Part shown: positions 1 to 9,287 of the stretch, piece by piece
How the letters are laid out: every line of letters begins with the position of its first letter
How positions within the stretch are numbered: the first letter of the stretch is position 1
Program-made: the position numbers and the translations under genes
The notes under the pieces: generated by a model
Seen by the model: the letters and a program-made list of their open reading frames with translations, nothing else
What the model was told of the DNA's origin: nothing
Database searches by the model: none
DNA from: an uncultured Acidobacteriota bacterium
GTDB taxonomy: Bacteria; Acidobacteriota; Vicinamibacteria; Vicinamibacterales; UBA2999
DNA length: 64,000 nucleotides
Direction: 5' to 3'
NCBI GenBank assembly: GCA_963773045.1
Contig: CAVYZT010000003.1
Location: 130,486-194,485, forward strand

Positions 1-2443
1 GATCCGACAGCTCGACGCCGATCTTGGCCTGGCGGCGGCGGGCCTCACGGTCGATATTCGCCGGTCCGACCGCCGGGTCCATGCGCACGATGTCTCGGGC
101 CCTGACCATGGCGCCGGTGGGCGAGTACAGCGGCGTCCGGCCGATGGTCTCGAAGTCGTTGCGGAACTCGGGCGCGAGGCGAACGCGGATGTCGTACTCC
201 TTGTCGCCCTCTCGCAGCTTCGTCGGCACGACGCCTTCGACCATGCCGCGCAGCTGCATGGCGACCGCGCCGACATCGAAGCCCAAATCGGCGGCCAGCT
301 CGCGATTGACGCTGGCGAGCATCTCAGGCTGGCCCGATTCGAGCGAGCTGTCCACATCGACTGCTCCCGGGACGTGCCGAATCTTGTCGACGATCTCGTC
401 GTTCAACTTCAGCAGCGCGTTCATGTCGTCGCCGCGCACATAAACGTTGAGCGGCGCTTCAGACGGAGCGCCCTGCATGAACTCCGGGTCGGCGACGGTA
501 AGCTTGAGCAGCGGCAGCTGCTTGAGCCGCGTCCGCACGTCATCCTTGAGGACACCCAGCCGGCGATCGCGTGGACGCTGATCCTTCTTGGTCATCTTCA
601 CGCGAAGGGCCGCCTTCAGCGGGTTGCCCTCGACGCCCACCGTCGAAAAGATCTGCCGCACTTCAGGCAGCCCCTGGACGGTTTTTTCCACGTCGGCGAC
701 GTACTCGATCGTCCGCTCGAACGACGTTCCTGGCGGCACCTCGACGTTGACCATCATCTCGCCACGGTCTTCCTGCGGCACGAACTCGGTGCCCATCACC
801 CTCAGGGTGGACATACTGGCGAAGAACACCACCACGGCCGTCGCGACCACACTCCACGGATGACGGATCGCCCAGCCGAGCAGCCGGTGGTAGCGCGCGT
901 CGATGCCGTCGTAGAACGTGCCCCATCGCTCGAGCAACCGGCCGAAGGCCGTGCGCGTGCGCTCTTCGGGCGGAATGAACCGCACGAATCGAGACGACAG
1001 CATCGGATCGAGCGTGAACGCGACCAGCAGCGAGATCGACACCGCAAAGGCGATCGTCAGTGCAAACGACTTGAAGAACTGCCCGACGATGCCGGTCATG
1101 AAGCCGACCGGCAGGAAGACCGCGAGAATCGTGAAGGTCGTGGCCATCACGGCTAGACCGATCTCGCTCGTCCCCTTGCGGGCCGCGGTCATCGGATCTT
1201 CGCCGTGCTCCATGTGGCGGAAGATGCTTTCGCGAACCACGACCGCGTCGTCGATCAGGATGCCGATGACCAGTGACAGCGCCATCAGCGTCATCATGTT
1301 GATCGTGAATCCGACCAGATACATGAAGAAGAAGGTCGCGATCACCGAGGTCGGCAGCGCCAGCGAGGTGATGAGCGTGGAGCGCCAGTCGCGCATGAAC
1401 ACGAACACCACGAGCACGGCCATGATGCCGCCGAAGATGATGTTGCTGCGCACGTCGCTGACGTTCTCGCGAATGCCTTCGGCGTCGGTGTGCACCGGCC
1501 TGATCTGCAGCTGCGGGAAGCTTGGCGCGGCCTTGGCGAGCGCCGCGTCGAGCCGCTTCTGCACGTCCACCGTGTTGGCGCCCGACTGCTTGCGGACCGA
1601 GAACGAAACCGCGTCGGCGCCATTCAGCCGGGTGGTCGATCGGCGATCCTCGTAGCCATCCACGACTGTGCCGACGTCGCGGACACGAACCGTCGAGCCG
1701 CCGCGGGAGCGGAGAATGACGTTCTCAATCTGGCTGGCTGATTCGTATTCGCCTTTCGTTCGGAGCGAGACGGCTTTGCCATCACGTTTGATCTGGCCGC
1801 CCGGGACGTCGAGATTGTCGGAAGCGAGCTTGGCGGCGACTTCCGTGATCGGCAGGTTGAGCGCTTCCAGCCGCCGCGGGTCGAGATTCACTTGCAGCTC
1901 GCGCACCTCGCCGCCGTTCACCTCGACCGCCGCCACGCCGTCAATCTGGCCGAGAAGCGGCTTCAAATCGTCTTCCACGCTCCGGCGCGTCACGTCGGAG
2001 GGCTGGGTCGAACCGACGGCATAAACGGCGATGGGCAGCGTGGCGACGTCAAATCGCTGGATCGTCGGATCCTTGATTTGCTCCGGGAGCCGTTCTCGAA
2101 TCGCCGCGACCTTTTCACGAACCTCGGCCGTCGCGGCCTGCGGGTCGACTTCGAGCCGCAGCTCAATCCCGACGCGCGCCATGCCTTCGGTTGAGGTTGA
2201 GATGACGCGCTTGACGCCGTTGATGCCGGCGACGGCGTCTTCGATGGGACGCGTGACCAGCGTCTCGACTTCCTCTGGCCCGGCGCCTGGATACACGACC
2301 ATCACGTTGACGAACGGGAAGTTCACCTCTGGGAAGAGGTCGATGCCCAGTCGCGTCATCGAGACCGCGCCCAGCACCAGGAAGCTCACGATGACCATCG
2401 TCGCGAAGACGGGCCGTTTGATGGAAGTATCAGAGATCCACAT
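1..2443 (-). CDS. RND (AcrB/HAE1-type) efflux permease, N-terminal ~814 codons; 3' end runs off the left window edge
   Basis: Absent from the ORF track because it has no stop in the window. My minus-strand translation from the ATG at 2443-2441 reads MWISDTSIKRPVFATMVIVSFLVLGAVSMTRLGIDLFPEVNFPFVNVMVVYPGAGPEEVE..., a canonical AcrB-family N-terminus. It lies immediately downstream of the adaptor gene. Confidence 0.85.
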   Translation of the reverse strand, partial: MWISDTSIKRPVFATMVIVSFLVLGAVSMTRLGIDLFPEVNFPFVNVMVVYPGAGPEEVETLVTRPIEDAVAGINGVKRVISTSTEGMARVGIELRLEVDPQAATAEVREKVAAIRERLPEQIKDPTIQRFDVATLPIAVYAVGSTQPSDVTRRSVEDDLKPLLGQIDGVAAVEVNGGEVRELQVNLDPRRLEALNLPITEVAAKLASDNLDVPGGQIKRDGKAVSLRTKGEYESASQIENVILRSRGGSTVRVRDVGTVVDGYEDRRSTTRLNGADAVSFSVRKQSGANTVDVQKRLDAALAKAAPSFPQLQIRPVHTDAEGIRENVSDVRSNIIFGGIMAVLVVFVFMRDWRSTLITSLALPTSVIATFFFMYLVGFTINMMTLMALSLVIGILIDDAVVVRESIFRHMEHGEDPMTAARKGTSEIGLAVMATTFTILAVFLPVGFMTGIVGQFFKSFALTIAFAVSISLLVAFTLDPMLSSRFVRFIPPEERTRTAFGRLLERWGTFYDGIDARYHRLLGWAIRHPWSVVATAVVVFFASMSTLRVMGTEFVPQEDRGEMMVNVEVPPGTSFERTIEYVADVEKTVQGLPEVRQIFSTVGVEGNPLKAALRVKMTKKDQRPRDRRLGVLKDDVRTRLKQLPLLKLTVADPEFMQGAPSEAPLNVYVRGDDMNALLKLNDEIVDKIRHVPGAVDVDSSLESGQPEMLASVNRELAADLGFDVGAVAMQLRGMVEGVVPTKLREGDKEYDIRVRLAPEFRNDFETIGRTPLYSPTGAMVRARDIVRMDPAVGPANIDREARRRQAKIGVELSD

Positions 2444-2482
2444 GTCAGCTCTCGGCTATCGGCTTTCAGGTATCAGCGATCG
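2444..2482. repeat. Heptamer tandem array (minus-strand reading: cgatcgc tgatacc tgaaagc cgatagc cgagagc) filling the whole adaptor-permease spacer
   Basis: Period-7 words of the form NGANAGC read by eye. The array contains an 18-nt segment (2452-2469) identical in reverse complement to 11320-11337. Confidence 0.7.
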
Positions 2483-3640
2483 CTATCGGGGCGTTTGAGG
2501 CTCAACGCCGCGCACCTTGGCGCCATTGGGAACTTGTCGGCGAGCATCGGCGACGACCTTGTCACCGGTTGAGAGACCCTTGAGGATCTGCACACGAGTC
2601 CCGTCGTTCAGGCCTTCGGCCACTTCCACGGAGGACAAGGTGTCGCCCTCGATCTTCAGCGCGACGCGCTTGCCGTCTTTGGTCATCACGGCTTCGCGCG
2701 GCACGACGAGCGCATTGGCGACGGTCGCCTCGACGATGCGCGCAGTGGCATACATGCCTGAGAGCAACGCGCGTTTGTCGTTGGCAACGCGCACGTCGAC
2801 CATAAAGTGACGATTGCGTTCGTCGACTTCCGGTGCGATCGCCGCCAGCACGCCGTCGAAGGTCTCGCCGGGCTTCGCTTGTACTGAGACGACGGCTTTC
2901 ATGCCGACCCGAAGGCGTCCGGCTTCGAACTCCGAGACACCAGCTTCGAGCTTCATCTGACGAAGGTCTGCGACCACGACGATGGGTTTGTCGCCCGGCA
3001 TCGAGCCGGGGTCGTAGTTGCGCTCCACGACGAATCCGGTGACCGGCGACGAGACCGTCGCGTCTCGCTGCACTTCGGTCGCCCGTCGCAAGGATGCGTT
3101 CACCTGTGCCAGCGTGGCGGTGGCGAGATCGCGCTGTGCGATTGCGGAACGATGGGCGGTTTGCGCGGCGTCGAGGCGCTGGCGGGGCAGCGCGCCGTTC
3201 TCGAACAACACCTTCGCGCGGTCGTGTTCGAGGACGGCGTTGGCGAGCCCGGCTTCGGCATTCTCAAGCCCGGCCTTGGCGACGGCCACCGCCGCCGTGG
3301 CCGCGTCAACCTGCGCATCGATCTCGCGCCGATCGATCGTCGCAATCGTCTGACCGATCGACACTGGATCGCCAATGTCCACCAGCACGCGCTCCAGCGT
3401 TCCTGCCAACTTGGGCTTGACGCCGACCCGGCTGCGCGGCGCCAGCGCTCCCGAGATCTGGAGAGCGGACTCGAGCGTGGTCGGCGCGACCGACACCACC
3501 GGGATGTCCACCGACAACGGACTCACGGTCGTTTCCGGCGCGGCTTCGGCGGTGGTCGACGACGAACCACATCCAGCCAGAGCCAGAGGAAGAACGACGA
3601 ACGAAGACAGAAGTCGGAAAGAGGGATTAAGACGACTCAT
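2483..3640 (-). CDS. Efflux RND transporter periplasmic adaptor (membrane fusion protein, HlyD family), lipoprotein
   Basis: ORF 2483..3700. I prefer the internal start MSRLNPSFRLLSSFVVLPLALAGCGSS (lipobox LAGC). Coiled-coil and beta-barrel regions typical of MFPs follow. The gene sits between TetR and the RND permease. Confidence 0.85.
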   Translation of the reverse strand: MSRLNPSFRLLSSFVVLPLALAGCGSSSTTAEAAPETTVSPLSVDIPVVSVAPTTLESALQISGALAPRSRVGVKPKLAGTLERVLVDIGDPVSIGQTIATIDRREIDAQVDAATAAVAVAKAGLENAEAGLANAVLEHDRAKVLFENGALPRQRLDAAQTAHRSAIAQRDLATATLAQVNASLRRATEVQRDATVSSPVTGFVVERNYDPGSMPGDKPIVVVADLRQMKLEAGVSEFEAGRLRVGMKAVVSVQAKPGETFDGVLAAIAPEVDERNRHFMVDVRVANDKRALLSGMYATARIVEATVANALVVPREAVMTKDGKRVALKIEGDTLSSVEVAEGLNDGTRVQILKGLSTGDKVVADARRQVPNGAKVRGVEPQTPR

Positions 3641-4325
3641 GATTGCGCGCTCCGACGGGCACGGCGCCCGCATGATCACCGGCACACTCACACGGCACAA
3701 ACGTCAGGGACACACCGCTTTGCAAACCCGCCAAGGTCGTTTCCAACACGTCGCGGGCCAGGGCATCGCCGTCTTCGCCAGGCGCGAGGCGCTGACAATT
3801 GCCAATCACTGAGGGCCCCACGAGCGCGCCCCACAACACGTGCATCGCGACGTGAGGATTCATGTCGCGGGGGAAGTGGCCGGCGTCGGTGGCACGCTGC
3901 AGCGCCGCAACCGCGCGGCCCAGAAGCTCCTGCAGAATCTCGAAGCCTTCCCACTGCTCGCTGATCTTCGGGACCGAGCGGTCCACGAACATCAAGTCGA
4001 AGAACTCGCGTTGCTCCTTGGAGAACTCGTAGAAAGCCCACCAGCCCGTCCGAACGTCGGCCAGCGCATCGTCGGTGCCGTCACCGACCGCGCCGCGGAT
4101 TTTCTCGTCGAGGCGGCGAAAGCCTTCCTCGGCGAGGGCGTAGAAGATGTCGTCCTTGCTGGCGAAGTAGCTGTAGATCGCCGCCGGGCTGTATTCGATG
4201 CGTTCCGCAATCTTGCGGATGGAGACGTTGCGGTAGCCCTCTGACATGAAGAGGTCTCGGGCAGCGTCGAGGATAGAGGTCGTAACGGCTAATCGTTCGC
4301 GATCTTGGCGTTCTCGGATTCCCAT
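3627..4325 (-). CDS. TetR/AcrR family transcriptional regulator
   Basis: The N-terminal helix-turn-helix signature ILDAARDLFMSEGYRNVSIRKIAERIEYSPAAIYSYFASKDDIF is present. It is the first gene of the efflux operon and overlaps the adaptor start by 14 nt. Confidence 0.85.
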   Translation of the reverse strand: MGIRERQDRERLAVTTSILDAARDLFMSEGYRNVSIRKIAERIEYSPAAIYSYFASKDDIFYALAEEGFRRLDEKIRGAVGDGTDDALADVRTGWWAFYEFSKEQREFFDLMFVDRSVPKISEQWEGFEILQELLGRAVAALQRATDAGHFPRDMNPHVAMHVLWGALVGPSVIGNCQRLAPGEDGDALARDVLETTLAGLQSGVSLTFVPCECAGDHAGAVPVGARNHESS

Positions 4326-4330
4326 AGTTT

Positions 4331-4341
4331 GAACAGTGTTC
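4331..4341. promoter_or_regulatory. Perfect palindrome GAACAgTGTTC a few nt upstream of the tetR start; candidate TetR operator half-site pair
   Basis: The palindrome is seen directly in the sequence. Its position in the divergent tetR/DUF2085 spacer fits autoregulation. There is no experimental or comparative support. Confidence 0.3.
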
Positions 4342-4427
4342 GGAGGGCTAATGGTGTTAGACGCCGGCCCCTGCGATCAAGTTCCAGAATTTCACAAGCC
4401 GCCCAAGGGGCTCTTGCCGGGCGGCGA

Positions 4428-4472
4428 GGGGAGACAGTGGGGAGACAGTTGGGAGACAGCGGGGAGACAGTC
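4428..4472 (+). repeat. Four tandem copies of an 11-mer GGGGAGACAGT (units of 11, 12, 10 and 12 nt)
   Basis: Read directly: ggggagacagt ggggagacagtt gggagacagc ggggagacagtc. It lies in the divergent spacer between tetR and the DUF2085 gene. Confidence 0.85.
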
Positions 4473-4501
4473 CGACAAAGGGGCATACTGAGGACTCGAA
4501 T

Positions 4502-4987
4502 ATGGGCTGGATTCAGCGATCTTGGTGGTTTGCCCCAACTTTGACCGCGATCTCAGTCGGGTGGGCGGCTGCCATTGGAGCCGCCCCGGGCCTCGCTCAA
4601 GCGTCCCGCCCTGGCGCGCTGATCGCCGGCCTGGCTTATGTCGCCGGCTCAGTGCTCTGCCATCAGCGCCCCGAGCGCTCCTTCCACATCGCGGCGGCCC
4701 AGTTGCCGGTCTGCGCGCGCTGCACGGGGCTCTATGTGGGTGGCGCGCTCGGAGCTGTGGCGTGGTTGATCTGGCGACGCCTCCAACCCGAGGCGGCGTC
4801 GACGATCGATCCGAAGCGCGCAACCAGGATCCTGTTGATCGCGTCGGCGCCCACCGTGCTCACGGTGATGACTGCGGCCGCCGGCATCTGGGATCTTCCC
4901 AACGCCGGTCGTGCCGCGCTCGCGCTTCCATTGGGCCTCGCTGCGGGCGCAGTGCTCGCGGCCGTGGCGTCAAACGACCTGAGTTAA
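4502..4987 (+). CDS. DUF2085 family integral membrane protein
   Basis: The ORF contains the signature CHQRPERSF...CARCTGLY embedded in hydrophobic segments. Confidence 0.6.
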   Translation: MGWIQRSWWFAPTLTAISVGWAAAIGAAPGLAQASRPGALIAGLAYVAGSVLCHQRPERSFHIAAAQLPVCARCTGLYVGGALGAVAWLIWRRLQPEAASTIDPKRATRILLIASAPTVLTVMTAAAGIWDLPNAGRAALALPLGLAAGAVLAAVASNDLS

Positions 4988-4997
4988 ACTGCCCGTC

Positions 4998-5357
4998 GTG
5001 CCGCCCCCGGTCGTCGTTCTGCTGTCATGGTTGGTACCGGGAGCGGGTCACTTCGTCGTTGGCAGGCGACAAAAAGGCCTGATCTTCCTGATCGTGCTGC
5101 CACTGATGTTTGCCATTGGCCTCTGGCTCGACGGCAGACTGCCGTCATTTGATTTCTCCGATCCGCTGGTCGGGCTCATGGCCATCGCTAACCTCGGCAT
5201 GGGCATCCCGTACTTCATTGCCACGGCTCTCGATCTCGGCCACGGTGTCGTGACTGCGGCCTCATACGAGTACGGCAATACGTTCCTGATCGTGTCGGGA
5301 CTGTTGAACCTGCTCGTTGCGCTCGACGCCTACGACGTTCGCGTCGGCCGCAAATAA
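4998..5357 (+). CDS. Small integral membrane protein (SWLVPGAGHF motif), function unknown
   Basis: A 119-aa ORF with 3-4 hydrophobic spans, on the same strand 10 nt after the DUF2085 gene. Confidence 0.45.
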   Translation: MPPPVVVLLSWLVPGAGHFVVGRRQKGLIFLIVLPLMFAIGLWLDGRLPSFDFSDPLVGLMAIANLGMGIPYFIATALDLGHGVVTAASYEYGNTFLIVSGLLNLLVALDAYDVRVGRK

Positions 5358-5358
5358 C

Positions 5359-5529
5359 ATGAGCCACTTCGGACTCCTCGCGCTGTTCTCGTTTTTCGTG
5401 GCGCTGGTGTTTGCCGTGATCGCGAAGGACGCGCCGGAGGAACAGTTGCGTCTCGGCCTCAGGCTCTTTGGCGGGTTTCTCGCTGCCGGTTACGTGCTCG
5501 GGTGGGTGATGCTCGCCCTGCCACTGTAG
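5359..5529 (+). CDS. Small two-span membrane protein, function unknown
   Basis: The internal ATG of ORF 5317..5529 gives MSHFGLLALFSFFVALVFAVIAK... It starts 1 nt after the preceding stop. Confidence 0.35.
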   Translation: MSHFGLLALFSFFVALVFAVIAKDAPEEQLRLGLRLFGGFLAAGYVLGWVMLALPL

Positions 5530-5532
5530 GCC

Positions 5533-5559
5533 GCAGATGACGCACATGACGCAGACGCC
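5533..5559. repeat. Three nonamers: gcagatgac gcacatgac gcagacgcc
   Basis: Read directly. The same word in reverse complement (catctgcgt) is tandemly repeated at 62294-62320. Confidence 0.65.
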
Positions 5560-5592
5560 ACGCCAAAGGCCGTATGCGCCTTCCCCGGCTGC

Positions 5593-5976
5593 ATGAACGG
5601 GCGACGCCTCACGTGGTTATGGCTGCCGGTCGTGATCTACATGGCGGCTATCTTCTACCAATCGTCTCTATCCGAAGTGCCTGGCACCGAGGGGATCCCG
5701 GACACGTACCTCCACACCGTGGGGTACGCGGGACTGGCGCTGACGACGCTGCGCGCAACCGCTGGCGGACGCTGGTCCGGCGTGACGGTGAGAGCGGCCG
5801 CCCTCGCCTGGTTCATCACCACCGCGTACGGCGCGACCGACGAGTGGCACCAGTCGTATACGCAAGGCCGCACAGCAGAGATGCGCGACCTCGGCAACGA
5901 TGCGATCGGTGCCTTGGGCGCCGTGGGGCTCACGGGGTCGTGGGGTATCATGAGACGCAAGTCTCATGTCCTTTGA
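5593..5976 (+). CDS. VanZ-like family membrane protein
   Basis: Hydrophobic N-terminus LWLPVVIYMAAIFYQSS and the DEWHQSYTQGR motif typical of VanZ-like proteins. Confidence 0.6.
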   Translation: MNGRRLTWLWLPVVIYMAAIFYQSSLSEVPGTEGIPDTYLHTVGYAGLALTTLRATAGGRWSGVTVRAAALAWFITTAYGATDEWHQSYTQGRTAEMRDLGNDAIGALGAVGLTGSWGIMRRKSHVL

Positions 5977-6748
5977 CAATCTGCTGCTCGAGCGCGACGA
6001 CGCCATCGCTGTCGTCACTTTCAACCGTCCCAAAGTCCTGAATGCGCTCAACAGCCAGACCCTGAGCGAGCTCGAAACCGTCTTCACCGAATTCAAAGCT
6101 GACGCCGGCGTTCGCGCGATCATCCTCACCGGCGCAGGAGAGAAGGCGTTTGTCGCCGGCGCCGACATCAACGAGCTGGCCGTGCTGGCTCCGGTCGAGG
6201 GCAAAGAGCACGCGCGGCGCGGGCAACTGTTGTTCGATGCCATCGAGCATCTCGGCAAGCCCGTCATTGCCGCGATCAACGGTTTCGCGTTGGGTGGTGG
6301 TTGCGAATTGGCGATGGCGTGCACGCTTCGCATCGCCGCCGACACGGCCCGATTCGGCCAACCGGAAGTGAATCTCGGATTGATGCCGGGTTACGCCGGC
6401 AGCCAGCGCCTGCCTCGACTGGTGGGCAAGGGCGTCGCGCTCGAGATTCTCCTGACTGGCGACATGATCGGCGCCGCGCGCGCGTACGAGATTGGCCTGG
6501 TCAATCGCGTGGTACCAGCGGCCGAGCTCATGGCTGAAGCGAAAAAGCTCGCGCACCTGCTCGCCGCGAAGGCGCCGATCGCGATTCGCTACATTCTCGA
6601 CGCCGTCAATCACGGGCTCGAGACACCGTTTGCCGAAGGCGAGTATCTGGAGACGGCGCTGTTTGGCACGATCGCTTCGTCCGAAGACATGCGCGAAGGC
6701 ACGAAGGCGTTTCTCGAGAAGCGCAAGCCCGTTTGGCGAGGAAAGTAG
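5966..6748 (+). CDS. Enoyl-CoA hydratase (crotonase family)
   Basis: AIAVVTFNRPKVLNALN...ILTGAGEKAFVAGADI...AAINGFALGGGCELAMAC is a classical crotonase signature. Confidence 0.9.
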   Translation: MSFDNLLLERDDAIAVVTFNRPKVLNALNSQTLSELETVFTEFKADAGVRAIILTGAGEKAFVAGADINELAVLAPVEGKEHARRGQLLFDAIEHLGKPVIAAINGFALGGGCELAMACTLRIAADTARFGQPEVNLGLMPGYAGSQRLPRLVGKGVALEILLTGDMIGAARAYEIGLVNRVVPAAELMAEAKKLAHLLAAKAPIAIRYILDAVNHGLETPFAEGEYLETALFGTIASSEDMREGTKAFLEKRKPVWRGK

Positions 6749-6791
6749 ACAGGAGGCCAAGCCTCAAGCCCCACGCCCCAGGCCCGAGAGA

Positions 6792-7247
6792 ATGGCGAAA
6801 AGCAACCTGCGCATCGCAATTGTCGTATCCCAGTTCAACGACTTCGTGACCGACCGCCTGCTGGAAGGTGCGACGGCGGCGCTGCACGAAGCTGGTGTTG
6901 ACGGCACTGCGCTCGAGATCCTGCGCGTACCTGGGGCCTTCGAGCTGCCGATGGCGGCGCAGCGGATTGCAGAGACCGGGCGCGTCTCGGCCGTGATTTG
7001 TCTTGGCTGTCTGATTCGGGGCGCGACGCCACATTTCGAATACATCGCCTCGGCCTGCGCCACCGGCATCACGATGGCCGCCTCGACGACTGGCGTGCCG
7101 ATGGCGTTTGGCGTGTTGACGACGAATTCGGCTGAAGAGGCGTTGGAACGGGCCGCGCCCGGGCCGTCCAACAAAGGGCGCGAAGCGGCGCAAGCGGCGG
7201 TGGCGATGGCCCAACTGTTCGAGCAGATCGGCGACGGACGCCGGTGA
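6792..7247 (+). CDS. ribH: 6,7-dimethyl-8-ribityllumazine synthase
   Basis: The internal ATG of ORF 6492..7247 gives MAKSNLRIAIVVSQFNDFVTDRLLEGA...VPGAFELP...CLGCLIRGATPHFEYI. Confidence 0.9.
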   Translation: MAKSNLRIAIVVSQFNDFVTDRLLEGATAALHEAGVDGTALEILRVPGAFELPMAAQRIAETGRVSAVICLGCLIRGATPHFEYIASACATGITMAASTTGVPMAFGVLTTNSAEEALERAAPGPSNKGREAAQAAVAMAQLFEQIGDGRR

Positions 7248-7720
7248 TGGCCGACGCGGGCGACCCGCAGAAGCGCTGGGCGCCGCGTCACCGCGCGCGC
7301 CGGGCCGCGTTGCAGGCGCTGTATCAGTGCGAGGTCGGCGGCTTGACGGCGCAGCAAGCGCTTGGCGTCCTGCATCATGCCGGTCCGCCGGAAGTCGAGG
7401 ATCCCGGCAGCGCGGAGCATGGCTTCGTGATCGCGATGGTGACCGGGGCGATGCAGCATCGCGAGTCGCTCGACGAACGCATCGGCGACGCGGCGAAAAA
7501 CTGGCGGGTCGAGCGCATGTCGATCCTCGATCGTCTGGTGCTGCGTCTGGCGGTTCACGAATTGATGTCGCACCGGGACACGCCGCCCCGCGTCGTGATG
7601 AGCGAGGCGATCGAGCTGGCGCGTGAATACAGCGGCGACGAGGCGGCGCGGTTCGTGAACGGCGTGCTCGACGGCGTCTATCGCCGCCTCAAAGAGGAGG
7701 GCCTGGTCGTTCATGAGTAG
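7244..7720 (+). CDS. nusB: Transcription antitermination factor NusB
   Basis: RARRAALQALYQCEV...ILDRLVLRLAVHEL...INEAIELAREY-like motifs. ribH-nusB synteny is present, and the GTGA start/stop overlaps ribH. Confidence 0.9.
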   Translation: MMADAGDPQKRWAPRHRARRAALQALYQCEVGGLTAQQALGVLHHAGPPEVEDPGSAEHGFVIAMVTGAMQHRESLDERIGDAAKNWRVERMSILDRLVLRLAVHELMSHRDTPPRVVMSEAIELAREYSGDEAARFVNGVLDGVYRRLKEEGLVVHE

Positions 7721-9218
7721 CGAAGTCGTTCAGGTCGAACAGCGCAGAGCGAACCTCGAGGCGATCGTCCGCCTGGGATTTCCCGCCTACCCGAATCGGT
7801 TCGATACGACCGACACGGTGAGCCACTTGGTTCGCGTGCATGGCGGCAAGGAGGGAAGCGCGCTCGAACAGGCGCGCGTCGAGACGACGACCGCCGGCCG
7901 CATCGTCAGCATTCGCAGCTTCGGCAAGGCCAGCTTTCTCGTGCTGTCCGATGGCCTCAGCCGCATCCAGGTCTACATCCGGCAGGACGCCCTGACCGAT
8001 CGCGAATTTCAGCTGTCGAAGCTGTTGGACTTCGGCGATCACGTCGGCGTGGCGGGCCACCTGTTCCGGACGAAGACCAACGAGCTGTCGATCTGGGCGG
8101 CGCGGCTGGAGTTTCTCGCCAAGTGCTTCTTGCCGCTGCCCGAAAAGTGGCACGGTCTGCAGGATGTCGAAGTGCGCTATCGCCAGCGCTACCTCGACCT
8201 CATCGTCAGCCCCGATGTCCGCAGGGTGTTCGAGATTCGGAGCCGCACGGTGACGGTGATGCGGGATTTCCTGACCCGCCATGGATTCCTCGAAGTCGAG
8301 ACGCCGATGCTGCAGCCGATTGCCGGCGGGGCGCTCGCGCGGCCGTTTGTGACGCATCACAACGCGCTCGACATGAAGCTCTATCTGCGCATCGCGCCAG
8401 AGCTCTACTTGAAGCGGCTCACCGTTGGCGGCGTCGAGCGGGTGTTCGAGATCAACCGCAACTTCCGGAACGAGGGGATTTCGACGCAGCACAATCCCGA
8501 GTTCACGATGCTCGAGTTCTATTGGGCATACGTGGACTATCAGCGATTGATGACGTTCACGGAGGAATTGCTCTCGGCGGTGGCGCACGACGTCGTCGGC
8601 GGAGATCAACTCACCTTCGGCGAGCACAAGATCAGCCTCGCACCCCCGTTCCGCCGCTTGTCGCTGCGGCACGCGGCGGCAGAGGAGGCGGGCACACGGC
8701 TAGGCGTCCCGGTCAGCGTCGATGAATTGCGGAGCCTCGATTCCGCCCAGGCGATCGCCTCGCGCTTACGGGTCGACGTACCCAAAGGCGCAGGCGCAGG
8801 CAAGATCGCGAGCCTGATCTTCGAAGCACTGTGGGAAGACCAGTTGATCCAACCGACGTTCGTCTACGACTTTCCGACCGAGGTGTCGCCGCTGTCCAAG
8901 CAGCGGCCCGATGACCCCGACACGGTGGAGCGATTCGAGCTCTACATCGGAGGGTTCGAGATCGCCAATGCGTTCAGCGAGCTGAACGATCCGGTCGAGC
9001 AGCGGCGCCGCTTCGAGGCGCAACTGGCCGACCGCGCGGCCGGCGATCAGGAGGCGCACGCCATGGACGAAGACTACGTCCGCGCGCTCGAGTACGGGAT
9101 GCCTCCGGCCGGCGGCGAAGGAATCGGGATCGACCGCTTTGCCATGATCCTCTCGAACTCGCCGTCGATTCGCGACGTGATCCTGTTCCCCCTGATGCGC
9201 CCGCGAGCAGAGGAGTAG
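7713..9218 (+). CDS. lysS: Lysine--tRNA ligase (class II)
   Basis: 501 aa, with FLEVETPMLQPIAGGALARPF, YLRIAPELYLKRL and GIGIDRFAMIL motifs. Confidence 0.95.
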   Translation: MSSEVVQVEQRRANLEAIVRLGFPAYPNRFDTTDTVSHLVRVHGGKEGSALEQARVETTTAGRIVSIRSFGKASFLVLSDGLSRIQVYIRQDALTDREFQLSKLLDFGDHVGVAGHLFRTKTNELSIWAARLEFLAKCFLPLPEKWHGLQDVEVRYRQRYLDLIVSPDVRRVFEIRSRTVTVMRDFLTRHGFLEVETPMLQPIAGGALARPFVTHHNALDMKLYLRIAPELYLKRLTVGGVERVFEINRNFRNEGISTQHNPEFTMLEFYWAYVDYQRLMTFTEELLSAVAHDVVGGDQLTFGEHKISLAPPFRRLSLRHAAAEEAGTRLGVPVSVDELRSLDSAQAIASRLRVDVPKGAGAGKIASLIFEALWEDQLIQPTFVYDFPTEVSPLSKQRPDDPDTVERFELYIGGFEIANAFSELNDPVEQRRRFEAQLADRAAGDQEAHAMDEDYVRALEYGMPPAGGEGIGIDRFAMILSNSPSIRDVILFPLMRPRAEE

Positions 9219-9287
9219 CGGGCATGGGCGTTGTGCAGGCGGCGAAGAGCGAAGAGCGACCCTTCGACTGCGCTCATGTGTTTTTGC

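Noticed and set aside
6749-6791. An FMN riboswitch upstream of ribH, or T-box or other leaders upstream of lysS, leuS and alaS.
   Set aside because: The spacers are too short (43 nt before ribH, and lysS overlaps nusB) or are occupied by simple repeats. No conserved riboswitch core strings were seen.
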